Shown: positions 1-9,968 of the stretch, in pieces
Layout of the letters: the number at the start of each line of letters is the position of its first letter
Position numbering within the stretch: position 1 is the first letter of the stretch
From: Rickettsiales bacterium
Lineage (GTDB): Bacteria; Pseudomonadota; Alphaproteobacteria; Rickettsiales; SXRF01
Direction: 5' to 3'
DNA length: 64,000 nt
Assembly (NCBI GenBank): GCA_964231325.1
Contig: CAXRIF010000003.1
Coordinates: forward strand, 866,927 to 930,926
Notes under the pieces: generated by a model
Told to the model about the DNA's origin: nothing
Seen by the model: only the letters and a program-made list of their open reading frames with translations
Databases searched by the model: none
Translations under genes and position numbers: made by a program

Positions 1-2
1 TA

Positions 3-338
3 CAACACACCGACCCTGTGCAAAATGTGTCTGAGTATCAAGTGACCATGGAACAAGCTGCCGATATTTTAAAACAACTCAATCCGGATTTTAAGGTGGG
101 GTTTGCCACTAGTTATCAAGAAGGGTTGGATATGGAAAAAATGCAGAATGCACAAATTTGGCCAGCTAAGCAGGATACCACTTCTACGGAAGCGCTCATT
201 GGTAATTTTAAACAGATGACCGCAGAAAAAAGTATTACAGAAGCATACAATCGTGCGGTAGCTGCACTCAAACAACAGCAAATGGATGAGATGGATACGG
301 GTGTTTCCCCGAAAGACACGGGTGGAAAGTCCATCTAG
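3..338 (+). CDS. Hypothetical protein, probably the C-terminal part of a gene starting before the window
   Basis: The frame of ORF 18..338 is open back to position 3; no family recognised. Confidence 0.6.
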   Translation, partial: QHTDPVQNVSEYQVTMEQAADILKQLNPDFKVGFATSYQEGLDMEKMQNAQIWPAKQDTTSTEALIGNFKQMTAEKSITEAYNRAVAALKQQQMDEMDTGVSPKDTGGKSI

Positions 339-384
339 TTCGTCAATTGTTCACTTCCGAGGCATATTGTTTTATTATATTATC

Positions 385-417
385 GTCATTGTGAGGAACG
401 TGGTGACGACGCAATCC
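385..417. repeat. Degenerate half of a GTCATTGCGAG...GCAATCC-type short palindromic (RPE/REP-like) element
   Basis: GTCATTGTGAGGAACGTGGTGACGACGCAATCC resembles the left arm of short intergenic repeats common in Alphaproteobacteria; no right arm seen. Confidence 0.45.
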
Positions 418-539
418 GCTAAGTAAAATGAAAGCGGTTTTTTCAATAGTTTGCACGCGAACATGTCAATGAATGTCAAGCAAACGCAACAAAAAATAAA
501 AATTTTGGCGTAACTGGTTGTGTTCTATGAAAAACAGGG

Positions 540-610
540 GGTGCCATGTGGTTCTAGGCGGTGCCAAATGGTTTTAAATAGGCGCTAAACGGTCCTAAAC
601 GGTCACTAAG
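540..610. repeat. Degenerate 10-bp tandem array, about 7 units, consensus GGTNCYAAAY
   Basis: Units GGTGCCATGT, GGTTCTAGGC, GGTGCCAAAT, GGTTTTAAAT, (A)GGCGCTAAAC, GGTCCTAAAC, GGTCACTAAG. Confidence 0.6.
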
Positions 611-2549
611 CAGGCATTTTAGCTTCTTCAAGCAGTGCCTTTAGCGCCTCATCAAACGGGGTAACTTGCTGCTTTTCGGAGCCGAGGCGACGGATGGAAA
701 CGGAGCGGTTTTCTGCTTCTTTCATGCCCACTACCATGAGCACGGGTACTTTTTTGGTTGAGTGCTCGCGGACTTTGTAGTTGATCTTTTCATTGCGTAC
801 ATCCAGTTCCGCGCGGATGCCTGCGGCCTGTAGTTCGGAGCAAACTTGTGCAGCGTAATCTTTTGCAGCATCCGTAATGGTTGCAACCACAACTTGCGTA
901 GGGGTAAGCCATAGCGGGAACTTCCCGGCATATTCTTCGATCAGGATGCCGATGAAACGTTCCAGTGATCCGAGGATTGCGCGGTGGAGCATCACGGGGC
1001 GGTGTTTGTTTCCGTCTTCGCCGGTGTATTCCGCGTCGAGCCGTTCGGGTAGTACGAAGTCCACCTGCAACGTGCCACATTGCCAGTCACGACCTAGTGC
1101 ATCTCGCAGTACAAATTCTAGCTTAGGGCCATAGAATGCGCCTTCGCCGGGGTTTAGTGTCCATTCAAGGCCTGTAGCGTTCACTGCGTCTTTGAGTGCG
1201 CCTTCGGCTTTGTCCCAAGTGGCGTCTTCGCCCGCGCGCACTGGTGGGCGGTCAGAGAACTTGACCATGATGTCGGTAAAGCCAAACGCTTTATACACTT
1301 CTTTCAACAGATCGCAGAAGGCGATGGTTTCGGAAGTGATCTGGTCTTCAGTACAGAAGATATGGGCGTCATCCTGCACGAAGCCACGAATACGCATGAT
1401 GCCGTGCAGTGCGCCGGATGGTTCATTACGGTGGCAACTACCAAATTCGGCCATGCGCAGTGGAAGGTCGCGATAGCTCTTCAGTCCTTGTTTGAATATC
1501 TGTACGTGGCAAGGGCAGTTCATCGGTTTTACACATAGCACGCGGTCTTCATCCGAATTGCTGATGAACATGTTCTCGCGGAACTTTTCCCAGTGGCCAG
1601 ATGCTTCCCACAATGTGCGGTCAACAAGGGTGGGAGTTTTAACCTCAATATAGTTTTGCGTATCAAGCTTGCGGCGGATGTATTCTTCGATCAGGCGATA
1701 CATCGTCCAGCCTTTATCGTGCCAGAAGATCATGCCTGGGGAGTGTTCTTCGATGTGGAACAGGTCAAGCTCACGGCCGAGTTTGCGGTGGTCACGTTTT
1801 TCTGCTTCCTCAATCATGGTGAGGTATTTCTTCAGCTCCTTCTCGGTAGCGAACTGCACACCATAAATACGGATGAGCTGTTTGTTCTTGCTATCGCCAC
1901 GCCAGTAAGCGCCGGCTACACGTAGTAGTTTGAAGGCAGGGGAGAGATGCTTGAAATGAGGTACGTGAGGGCCGCGGCAAAGATCGATAAAGGCGTCATC
2001 ACCAGTGCCCTGACGATAGATGGATATCTTGCCGGCCTCTGTGGTGTCATCTTCGGCAGCATCACGAATAATCTCCGCCTTGTATGGCTCGCCCCTTGAT
2101 TCAAAGAGCTTGATAGCGTCTTCGCGGCTATGCATCTCACGTGTGACGGTTTGGTCTTCTGCCATGATTTCACGCATGCGTGCTTCGATCTTAGGCAAGT
2201 CATCAGAGGAGATGGGGTGTTCGGTTTCAGCGTCGTAATAGAAGCCGTTATCAACGGTAGGACCAATAGCGAGCTTGGTGCCGGGATACATCTCTTTGAG
2301 TGCGCGCGCCAGTACCTGTGCGGTAGTCGTGTGGCGAAGCACATCCAGGCCTTCGGCTTGGCGCGGAGTCAGTATCTCGATTTTGGCATCCTTGTCCACC
2401 AGCGTATAGATATCGCGCTGCACACCATCAATCTTCATGGCTAGCGCGGCTTTGGCAAGACCTTCACCAATAGATGCAGCAATCTCTTCGCCCGTGACAG
2501 GGTTAGGGTAATCGCGTGTGGAGCCGTCTGGTAGGGTGATAGTGACCAT
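606..2549 (-). CDS. thrS: Threonine--tRNA ligase
   Basis: N-terminal TGS domain (ITLPDGS), [38 protein letters not shown]; start moved to ATG 2549. Confidence 0.98.
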   Translation of the reverse strand: MVTITLPDGSTRDYPNPVTGEEIAASIGEGLAKAALAMKIDGVQRDIYTLVDKDAKIEILTPRQAEGLDVLRHTTTAQVLARALKEMYPGTKLAIGPTVDNGFYYDAETEHPISSDDLPKIEARMREIMAEDQTVTREMHSREDAIKLFESRGEPYKAEIIRDAAEDDTTEAGKISIYRQGTGDDAFIDLCRGPHVPHFKHLSPAFKLLRVAGAYWRGDSKNKQLIRIYGVQFATEKELKKYLTMIEEAEKRDHRKLGRELDLFHIEEHSPGMIFWHDKGWTMYRLIEEYIRRKLDTQNYIEVKTPTLVDRTLWEASGHWEKFRENMFISNSDEDRVLCVKPMNCPCHVQIFKQGLKSYRDLPLRMAEFGSCHRNEPSGALHGIMRIRGFVQDDAHIFCTEDQITSETIAFCDLLKEVYKAFGFTDIMVKFSDRPPVRAGEDATWDKAEGALKDAVNATGLEWTLNPGEGAFYGPKLEFVLRDALGRDWQCGTLQVDFVLPERLDAEYTGEDGNKHRPVMLHRAILGSLERFIGILIEEYAGKFPLWLTPTQVVVATITDAAKDYAAQVCSELQAAGIRAELDVRNEKINYKVREHSTKKVPVLMVVGMKEAENRSVSIRRLGSEKQQVTPFDEALKALLEEAKMPA

Positions 2550-2677
2550 GGTTTGCTTTCTATGACAAAGGGAGTGCAAGATTTATCGTTTCTTGTCTCA
2601 TTGTCAACCGCTTAGTCAGCCCATGTTTGTCGAGCTATCACTTGTTTGCCTATTGCGGCTATGATAAACAGGCTTTC

Positions 2678-3544
2678 ATGACAGCACTCCAGCCAGAACT
2701 TAGCCCAGACGAACGCAAGGCATTTGAACGTATTATCAAAGATGCATTGGCCGAAGATATTGGCAAAGGTGATATTACCTCTGAGTTATTGGTGCCAGAA
2801 GATATGGCTGCGGAAATGCATTTCGTAGCGCATGAGGCGATGGTGGTGTGTGGTTTATTTGTGGCCGAAATGGTCTATGCCGTATTGGATAAAGATATCG
2901 AAGTGACTATTCATGCCTTTGAAGGAAAGGCAATTCCCGCGGAATACAGCCTTGTGACTGCAAAGGGAAATGCACGTTCGTTGCTAACGGGTGAGCGTGT
3001 GGCGCTTAACTTATTACAACGTATGTGTGGTGTTGCCAGCCTCACTAAGACTTATGTCGATATGGTTGCTGCTACGGGAACAACAATTTTAGATACGCGT
3101 AAAACCATGCCTGGTCTTCGTGTGGTTGATAAATATGCCGTACGTGCGGGCGGAGGGAAGAACCACCGTATGCGACTTGATGATATGGTGTTGATTAAGG
3201 ATAACCATATTGTGCTATCTGGTGGTATCAAAGAAGCTATTGAGGCAGCAAGAAAAGGAACAGACGTACCGGTGGTTGTGGAGTGCGATACGTTGGAACA
3301 ACTGCAAGAAGCTATCGCTGCTATGCCAGACAGAGTGCTTTTAGATAACATGACGCCAGAGCAGTTAAGTGAAGCCGTAAAGCTGGTGAAGGGCGCATTT
3401 CCGCTTGAAGCATCGGGCGGTGTTTCGTTAGATACGGTACGCATAATTGCGGAGACGGGCGTGGACTTTATCTCCGTAGGCAAGCTGACGCACTCCGCTC
3501 TGGCGGCGGATATTGGCGCAGATTTATTTAGTGACCAGTCTTAA
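2678..3544 (+). CDS. nadC: Nicotinate-nucleotide diphosphorylase (quinolinate phosphoribosyltransferase)
   Basis: EDIGKGDITS, ERVALN, DTRKT, NHRMRLDDMVLIKDNH, LLDNM, EASGG; start taken at ATG 2678. Confidence 0.96.
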   Translation: MTALQPELSPDERKAFERIIKDALAEDIGKGDITSELLVPEDMAAEMHFVAHEAMVVCGLFVAEMVYAVLDKDIEVTIHAFEGKAIPAEYSLVTAKGNARSLLTGERVALNLLQRMCGVASLTKTYVDMVAATGTTILDTRKTMPGLRVVDKYAVRAGGGKNHRMRLDDMVLIKDNHIVLSGGIKEAIEAARKGTDVPVVVECDTLEQLQEAIAAMPDRVLLDNMTPEQLSEAVKLVKGAFPLEASGGVSLDTVRIIAETGVDFISVGKLTHSALAADIGADLFSDQS

Positions 3545-4349
3545 AGATCAGTGCGCAGCTTACGTTGTCTGATACGGGTTTGTATGCCATTGTGCTGCTA
3601 TTATAGCAGGTGCCGGTACTATTGATCTGGCCGACAAGTTTACCTGTCCCGCCCATGCCATCATCAATTTTTGTATCCAACGTGAAGGCCTCTCCAGAAC
3701 TGATAATAGGAGTCATACGCAGTGAGTTATCGATGTTGTTGCCACCCCACCATAGCACCACACCTGGAGGAATATCGCCTAATTGATAGCCCATCTCTGT
3801 AACGTTCGGGGTGGGCAGTTCGGTAATGTCGCGTGTGGTTACTGTGAGTACACGCCAACCTGCACGGCCAAACTTTGATTCAGGGATGGTTACTCCAATG
3901 CGGTATCCCAGTGTGCCTGACGAGGCGATGCCACTATAGTTTCCGTCGATGAAGCCAGCATTGCTTAGATGTTGCCATGCGCGAAATTGTTCGTAGTACG
4001 TATCTGAATTACCAGCTCCCTGATTCATAATTCGGCCATTGCCGTCGCCATCACAGGTGACTACCCCATTGCTGGAGGCGGTGATTTTGCAGTCGTCAAA
4101 ATCAGCATCTGCTGCCCCCCATAGCGCGGTTGCTCCCGAAAAGTCTCCGGGTAGTGCGAGATACTTTTGCCGGAAGCTTCCTATCGCTTGTGTATACGCC
4201 GTTGATTCTTTGATAACGGATTGCATTTCTGAATTGCGTATAAGGCTTCTACCTGCAGCAATGCCACCAATAATCAGGGCAATAACAACCAACACTATAG
4301 AGATTTCAATAAGGGAGAATCCGCGACGTTGTATGTATGTGTTATTCAT
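3528..4349 (-). CDS. Type IV prepilin-like N-terminal cleavage/methylation domain protein (paralog 3)
   Basis: RRG|FSLIEISIVLVVIALIIGG class III signal peptide; shares LPGD, WQHLxNAG and DxKxDDG with neighbours. Confidence 0.9.
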   Translation of the reverse strand: MNNTYIQRRGFSLIEISIVLVVIALIIGGIAAGRSLIRNSEMQSVIKESTAYTQAIGSFRQKYLALPGDFSGATALWGAADADFDDCKITASSNGVVTCDGDGNGRIMNQGAGNSDTYYEQFRAWQHLSNAGFIDGNYSGIASSGTLGYRIGVTIPESKFGRAGWRVLTVTTRDITELPTPNVTEMGYQLGDIPPGVVLWWGGNNIDNSLRMTPIISSGEAFTLDTKIDDGMGGTGKLVGQINSTGTCYNSSTMAYKPVSDNVSCALIFKTGH

Positions 4350-4351
4350 AA

Positions 4352-5185
4352 CTAAAACCCTGTGATAAAGATGGCAGAACAGGCAATGTCTGTGTAACTT
4401 GTTTTATAAGTGGCTGCATCTTGCGTAGTATCGTTTTCTGTGCAGTTTTCATTATTTGCATCTGCATGAGTGCGCCACGCACGAATTTTTCCGCGCCCAG
4501 GTTTTCCGTCATCCATTTTTGTATCGATGCCGAGTAGATCTGCCGTATACATTACGGGATCAGTGGTAGCGTTTTCACTTATAGTGCCCCCCAAAAACAT
4601 AAGGTGGCCGTAATTATCTCCCCATAAAGTGTCGCTATCAGCGGTTTGGGCGTGGAAACGTAAATACCAGCCTGCACCTGTAAGCGCAGATTCAGGCACA
4701 TTTTCTGCCAATACCGCATGTTGCCCAGAGCTGGCAGCAGACCCATCAGTTCCACTAAAGAAGCCTTCTATTAGCCCTGCATTCGCCAGATGTTGCCACA
4801 TACGCAGCGGTTCCATGTATTCTGTTCCTATGGTGCCATCTTCAGTGTCGGAAATAGAGCCGATAGTGCCGCTGCCATTACCATTGCATGTTTCGCGTTG
4901 AGGAGAACTGCCTACGGTTCCTGCAGGGCAGCCATTTGAGTCTGCTCCCCAATAGCTTTCCGCATTGTTAAAATCACCTGGTAAATAAATGTATTTGTCC
5001 TGAAATTCTTGGATAGCCTTTAGGTAGCGGTCATACTCACCTAGCGCTTCACGTAGTTTCGCCGTATGTACTAGCGATTTTCCAGCTACTACACTGCCCG
5101 CAATTAATGCGATAACAATGAGTACGATCGCCATCTCTAAAAGACTGAAAGCTGATTTATGTGTAGAAGGAGTGATGGTTTTCAT
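4352..5185 (-). CDS. Type IV prepilin-like protein (paralog 2)
   Basis: KSA|FSLLEMAIVLIVIALIAG; LPGD, WQHLANAG, DTKMDDGKP. Confidence 0.9.
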   Translation of the reverse strand: MKTITPSTHKSAFSLLEMAIVLIVIALIAGSVVAGKSLVHTAKLREALGEYDRYLKAIQEFQDKYIYLPGDFNNAESYWGADSNGCPAGTVGSSPQRETCNGNGSGTIGSISDTEDGTIGTEYMEPLRMWQHLANAGLIEGFFSGTDGSAASSGQHAVLAENVPESALTGAGWYLRFHAQTADSDTLWGDNYGHLMFLGGTISENATTDPVMYTADLLGIDTKMDDGKPGRGKIRAWRTHADANNENCTENDTTQDAATYKTSYTDIACSAIFITGF

Positions 5186-5188
5186 TTC

Positions 5189-6022
5189 TTAGTATCCCGT
5201 AATGAAAATAAGCGGACATGCGTCACTTTCGGTGTTATATCCAGCGTTTGCCGCTAAGGCGCACCTTGCGCTACCGCCCGTATCAAAACTATTAGTGAAG
5301 GTTTGTACGTTTCCAGTATGTGGTCTGCCATCATCCGCTTTCATATCCAGTAGCAATGCTTCATTGCCTAAAATACCCTGCCAGTGTGTGGAATAATTAG
5401 CATTGGCAGAGGGTTTGGGGGCACCATACACTATGATATGTCTGTATTTCGTGTCATTAAAATTGGCGTTTCCATAAGTGGGGAAGGCGAAGAACATGGT
5501 AAAACCAGTGCCTTCGACCTGGCTGGCTGGAATGTTAAAACCTGGCTCAAGTTTGTTGTTGTATGGTGAATCAGCTTCTGCGCCTGTGTAGCCCCATTTG
5601 ACTAATTGCGCATTTGCCAAATGCTGCCATAATAATATGGATTCCTTGTAATCTGTGCCAATGATTTGTGGTGTTCCATCGGAGCCCCCTATGAAGCTAT
5701 CTCCGTCTCCATTACAGGTGAGTGAAACAATAACCCCCCCTGACTCATATCCCTCTGTATGGTCGGCAGACGGGGGTGGGGGGCAAGAAGCCGCCGCGCC
5801 CCAAATGCTCTCTGCGTTTGCCATGTCGCCTGGAAGAGCCTTGTATTTATCGCGGAAGGTTTGCGCTGCTTTTTTATATGTATCCATATCGACAAGAATG
5901 GATTGTAACTCTGCATTACGCATTACGTCGCGGCCGACTATTACACCGCCAATGACCAAGCCGATTACGATTATAACGATTGCCAACTCTATTAAGGCGA
6001 AGCCTCGGGAGTGTGTTTTCAT
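5189..6022 (-). CDS. Type IV prepilin-like protein (paralog 1)
   Basis: SRG|FALIELAIVIIVIGLVIGG; LPGD, WQHLANA, DMKADDGRP. Confidence 0.9.
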   Translation of the reverse strand: MKTHSRGFALIELAIVIIVIGLVIGGVIVGRDVMRNAELQSILVDMDTYKKAAQTFRDKYKALPGDMANAESIWGAAASCPPPPSADHTEGYESGGVIVSLTCNGDGDSFIGGSDGTPQIIGTDYKESILLWQHLANAQLVKWGYTGAEADSPYNNKLEPGFNIPASQVEGTGFTMFFAFPTYGNANFNDTKYRHIIVYGAPKPSANANYSTHWQGILGNEALLLDMKADDGRPHTGNVQTFTNSFDTGGSARCALAANAGYNTESDACPLIFITGY

Positions 6023-6076
6023 GTCTAAACCTCTATTTGTAATAGTATTTTATTTTACAGCTACTATCAAATGATT

Positions 6077-6092
6077 GTTAAACCAATATTAA
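6077..6092 (-). promoter_or_regulatory. CtrA-binding box (TTAA-N7-TTAAC on the minus strand) upstream of the prepilin cluster
   Basis: Plus strand GTTAA-ACCAATA-TTAA, about 55 bp upstream of the start at 6022. Confidence 0.65.
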
Positions 6093-6151
6093 ACGCTGAC
6101 TTGCCATCCTGCTATTTCCGTGTACATTCCTCTGGTAATGAATAACAAAAT

Positions 6152-6604
6152 TTGAATGAGGACAAGTTGAGCGCACCATCACGTCTTGAGCAGCTATGTA
6201 TAAAAAAAGGCCTGAAGATGACTGGCCAAAGAAGGGTTATCGCTAAGGTTATTTCAGAATCTGATGATCATCCGGATGTTGAAATGTTACATCAGCGCGC
6301 GGTGATGCATGATCCTCATATCAGCATTGCTACAGTGTACCGTACAGTGAAGCTGTTTGAAGAAGCAGGTATTACCCAAAGGCATGATTTTGGTGACGGA
6401 CGTGCACGATATGAAGAGGCGCCGGAAGAACACCACGATCACCTTATCGACCTGAAATCTGGTGAGGTGATTGAGTTCACCAATGAGGCGATAGAAAAAC
6501 TCCAGCATGATATTGCGAAGAAATTAGGGTATAAGCTGGTGGACCATCGACTTGAGCTTTATGCAGTTCCAGTTGAAAACTCTGGTAAAAAAGCTCAGAA
6601 ATAG
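6152..6604 (+). CDS. fur: Fur/Mur-family transcriptional regulator
   Basis: MTGQRRVI, DHPDVE, ISIATVYRT, HHDHLID; exact start uncertain. Confidence 0.93.
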   Translation: MNEDKLSAPSRLEQLCIKKGLKMTGQRRVIAKVISESDDHPDVEMLHQRAVMHDPHISIATVYRTVKLFEEAGITQRHDFGDGRARYEEAPEEHHDHLIDLKSGEVIEFTNEAIEKLQHDIAKKLGYKLVDHRLELYAVPVENSGKKAQK

Positions 6605-6629
6605 CGTTTGGCTACAATTACGGAATTTT

Positions 6630-7460
6630 ATGCAAGAAAATCAGGATGCCTACGAAAAGAACATAGTGCTTTGTGACCAAGGGACGTTAAAGGCTGGATC
6701 ACTTGAAGTGTTTATCGCTAATAAGCGTAGTGATATTACCGCCGCGCAGGAACTTAGATATAAGGTGTATTTTGAGGAAATGGGAGCCGTTGCCTCAGAA
6801 GAGCAGAAACGCACCCGTAGGGATGTGGATGAGTTCGATGAGGTGTGTGATCACTTGCTGGTGGTGGATCACCAGCCAGAAGGGCACTATAAAGTAGTGG
6901 GAACCTACCGTTTGCTCCGGCGCGAAGATATGAAGCGTATTGGTCGGTTTTATAGTGATGGTGAATATGACATTAGCCTCATTAAAAACTACCCGGGTGA
7001 AATCTTAGAGGTTGGGCGCTCTTGTGTTGATGCGGATTATCGTAATCGTGCCGTGATGCAGCTCTTGTGGCGTGGTATTGGTGCTTATGTCACCAAATTT
7101 AATATCGAAGTGTTGTTTGGCTGTGCCAGTTTTCATGGCACCGACCCTAAAGAACATGCTACTGCGCTTTCTTATCTCTATCATAACCATATGGCACCAA
7201 AAGAGCTGTGCCCAACAGCACTTTCAGACAGGTTCGTTGAGATGAACTATATGCCGAAAGAAGAGATTAATGAAAAACGTGCATTTGTTTCTCTTCCTAC
7301 CCTAATTAAGGGGTATATTCGTCTTAATGGTTATATCGGAATGGGAGCGGTCATAGATAAGGCATACAACACTACGGATGTAAGTATTGTGGTGAAAACC
7401 AACCTTATAAATGAGAAATATGCCCACCGTTATGGTGCTGAGGCAAAAAAATCTAGCTAG
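6630..7460 (+). CDS. olsB: Ornithine lipid N-acyltransferase (GNAT, OlsB-like)
   Basis: AAQELRYKVYFEEMGA, DVDEFDEVCDHLLV, VVGTYRL, LEVGRSCV, LIKGYIRL; directly upstream of an acyltransferase. Confidence 0.82.
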   Translation: MQENQDAYEKNIVLCDQGTLKAGSLEVFIANKRSDITAAQELRYKVYFEEMGAVASEEQKRTRRDVDEFDEVCDHLLVVDHQPEGHYKVVGTYRLLRREDMKRIGRFYSDGEYDISLIKNYPGEILEVGRSCVDADYRNRAVMQLLWRGIGAYVTKFNIEVLFGCASFHGTDPKEHATALSYLYHNHMAPKELCPTALSDRFVEMNYMPKEEINEKRAFVSLPTLIKGYIRLNGYIGMGAVIDKAYNTTDVSIVVKTNLINEKYAHRYGAEAKKSS

Positions 7461-7464
7461 TGCT

Positions 7465-8295
7465 ATGCTAAGATCTCCTTTGAAACTAGGTCTTATCGTT
7501 TTTTGGATAGCACTGTTTTATCCTCTGGTTCTTCTTGTCTATTTGCTGGGTAAAAATAATTGGCGTGATCGCCTAATGCAATTCGTTAGCGCAGGGCTAA
7601 CACGTATATGTGAGGTGCGACTACACGTATCTTCAGAGCCCACGGATAAACGCCCACTCGTGTTGGTGAGTAATCATATAAGTTATATGGATACGGTTAT
7701 TCTCGCTGGAATTATGCCGGTTTGTTTTACGCCTAAACTTGATGTTGCATCCTGGCCTGCGATCGGCAGTATTTGCAAGATATGTGGCTGTGTGTTTGTT
7801 GAGAGAACGCCTGGTAAAATTCAGCAGACAAGGGAAGTGCTTAAGCACACACTTTCTAATCGGGTGGTGTGTCTTTATCCGGAGGCAACGACAGGCAATG
7901 GGCTGGAAATGCACAACTTTAAATCCGGCTTCTTTAGCTTGGCTGAAGAACAAATCGACGGGAAGGATGTGGTTATTCAGCCGGTCACTATTGTCTATAA
8001 AGGGATTCGCGGGATGCCCATTGATCGCTCACAGTGGCCAGATATTGCATGGTATGGCGATATGGATCTTGTGCCGCATTTATGGGGGTTTCTGAAGTTA
8101 AGTTGCATTGATGTGGAGTTGGCTTTTTTAGAGCCAGTTACGCTATCTAAATTTGATGATAGAAAGGGGTTGGCAAAACATTGCCAGAGAAAGATCGCCG
8201 ACTATCTAGAGGCTTCGCGTGGTAAAGCGTTGATGACGCGCCGTCAAAAAAGTCGATTTTCGCTGCCTTTTAAAAGATCTGGGTCGCAGTCGTAG
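7465..8295 (+). CDS. olsA: Lysophospholipid / lyso-ornithine lipid acyltransferase (OlsA/PlsC-like)
   Basis: SNHISYMD (HX4D), YPEATT, AWYGDMDLVPHLW; follows olsB. Confidence 0.75.
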   Translation: MLRSPLKLGLIVFWIALFYPLVLLVYLLGKNNWRDRLMQFVSAGLTRICEVRLHVSSEPTDKRPLVLVSNHISYMDTVILAGIMPVCFTPKLDVASWPAIGSICKICGCVFVERTPGKIQQTREVLKHTLSNRVVCLYPEATTGNGLEMHNFKSGFFSLAEEQIDGKDVVIQPVTIVYKGIRGMPIDRSQWPDIAWYGDMDLVPHLWGFLKLSCIDVELAFLEPVTLSKFDDRKGLAKHCQRKIADYLEASRGKALMTRRQKSRFSLPFKRSGSQS

Positions 8296-8540
8296 CGCGA
8301 TTTAAGCATGTATTTCAGTGTGTCGTTAGGCTCTTTTTCATAGCTTTTATAGACGATGCGCCCATATTCTTTGGGGTCAGAGAAGCCGTGTTTTAGCTTT
8401 AACAGCTTGCGTAATTTTTTGGCGCTACATAGCATCACATAGTGCCCTACTACACCTTGCTGATTTCTGAAGAAAATGAGGTATAATGGCATGGCGCCGC
8501 ACCTTATGTAACGCTCTATAAAATAAAGGTTTTTCTTCAT
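8244..8540 (-). CDS. Small hypothetical protein, family shared with 21364..21726 and 39688..40005
   Basis: GGAG RBS; DPKEYGRIVYKSYEKEPNDTLKYMLKSRY motif. Confidence 0.7.
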   Translation of the reverse strand: MKKNLYFIERYIRCGAMPLYLIFFRNQQGVVGHYVMLCSAKKLRKLLKLKHGFSDPKEYGRIVYKSYEKEPNDTLKYMLKSRYDCDPDLLKGSENRLF

Positions 8541-8585
8541 TGTGCTCCTATGGGGTATACCTATTATATTATATGTTATATTTTC

Positions 8586-8600
8586 TTAATATTGCCTTAA
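8586..8600. promoter_or_regulatory. CtrA-binding box TTAA-N7-TTAA
   Basis: TTAA-TATTGCC-TTAA in the divergent spacer between the small gene and the flgC-like gene. Confidence 0.6.
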
Positions 8601-8646
8601 TTTATGTGCGCTAAACTCTATATAACAGCGTATTATAGGAGGGGTT

Positions 8647-9009
8647 ATGGTGTCGCCAATTAACACTGCTTTGTCGGGCTTGGCTGCTGCGAGTACACGC
8701 ATTGCTGTAAGCACTGAAAATGTTGCTAATCAATTCAGCAAAAACTACGTCCCCAAACAGGTTGATCAGGTTACCTTGAGTGCGGGTGCGGTACGTGCCG
8801 TTGTTAAGGATGTGGACCCGGCAACGACTCCAATATTTAATCCTTCGGATCCTGATGCAGATGTGAATGGCACGGTACAGTTGCCAAATGTTGATCTTGC
8901 CAATGAACTGGTTAATCAGTCGATCGCTTCATATGATTACAAGGCCAATTTACAGAGCATTAAAGCTGCTGATAATTTGCAAAAATCACTATTGGATATT
9001 TTGAGCTAA
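8647..9009 (+). CDS. Flagellar basal-body rod FlgC-like protein (orphan, short)
   Basis: TALSGLAAASTRIAVSTENVAN N-terminus; PDADVNGTVQLPNVDLANELV and YKANL C-terminus. Confidence 0.85.
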   Translation: MVSPINTALSGLAAASTRIAVSTENVANQFSKNYVPKQVDQVTLSAGAVRAVVKDVDPATTPIFNPSDPDADVNGTVQLPNVDLANELVNQSIASYDYKANLQSIKAADNLQKSLLDILS

Positions 9010-9087
9010 TCAAGCCAGCATTTTTCGGTTGCACATTTTCTATTAGAAGCGATGATACGGCAGCACAATTTATCCAAAGAGTTTTTT

Positions 9088-9528
9088 ATGTCTGAATTAC
9101 ACCACCGTTCCCACGAAATATTACAAGATTATTGGGATAAAGTTCGCGCTGATAAAACAATGCCTGCTGAAGGTGATATTGACCCTGATGATATAGCTGA
9201 TATTTGGTCATCTTGCTTTCTGATATGTATTGATGAGGTGACGCAGCGCATAGGTTATCGCTATAGCTACATGGGGGATAAGTTAATTGAAGCTTATGGT
9301 GATGATGTTAGTAACCCAGATGTGGCCGAAAGGTTAATTTCTACGGGAAGCCTGCCTATTATAAAAAAATTTGATGAAGCTGTTTCAGGGCAGAAGCCGG
9401 TTACAGATGAATCTGAGTTTGTTAATCTCAAGGGCCTCAATATTCGGTACAGGACTTGCATATTGCCCCTAGGACAAGATGGTAAGATTACACACCTTCT
9501 TGGCTGTATGCGTTGGAAACTGTATTGA
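9088..9528 (+). CDS. PAS-domain (PAS_5-like) protein
   Basis: LQDYWDKVRADKTMPAEGDIDPDDI, YRYSYMG, YRTCILPL. Confidence 0.75.
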   Translation: MSELHHRSHEILQDYWDKVRADKTMPAEGDIDPDDIADIWSSCFLICIDEVTQRIGYRYSYMGDKLIEAYGDDVSNPDVAERLISTGSLPIIKKFDEAVSGQKPVTDESEFVNLKGLNIRYRTCILPLGQDGKITHLLGCMRWKLY

Positions 9529-9542
9529 GGGGAATATAAATC

Positions 9543-9956
9543 ATGGCTACGGAATCGTTTGAAGAGTTGCCTATGCCGCGTAAAGATGTGGCGCAGCTTT
9601 CTATGGGAAGTTATCGTATTTACAAAAATGCGAAAGAGTTTGTAACTGTTCAGGCAAGTTCGGCTATCGAAGCATTGCAAACGAGCGGAGTTAAATCTGC
9701 TTACAAAATTGAACGAGATAGTTTTGACCATACAAAAATTTTAGGTGCATCTGATTGGGGGGACTCGAAGACAGAGCAGCCGAAAGAAAGCCCGCCTGAT
9801 GCAGCACCTGAAGAGGCTAAAGACGTTCCTGCAGAAGGGGAAAAAGAAACCGTGCTGGTTGAAGAGGCACAGCAGGCAGAAGCGGCAAAAGAGGCGTCTG
9901 CCGGGGAAGAAAGAGAGCTTTCCGGAGATGACGTCGACAAGCTGCTTAATAACTAG
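9543..9956 (+). CDS. Hypothetical protein with acidic linker and C-terminal LSGDDVDKLL motif
   Basis: RBS GAGGGG; co-oriented with the PAS gene. Confidence 0.7.
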   Translation: MATESFEELPMPRKDVAQLSMGSYRIYKNAKEFVTVQASSAIEALQTSGVKSAYKIERDSFDHTKILGASDWGDSKTEQPKESPPDAAPEEAKDVPAEGEKETVLVEEAQQAEAAKEASAGEERELSGDDVDKLLNN

Positions 9957-9968
9957 CCGGCCTCACAG

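Noticed and set aside
540..610. CRISPR array
   Set aside because: Units are 10 bp, degenerate and have no spacers; no cas genes in the window
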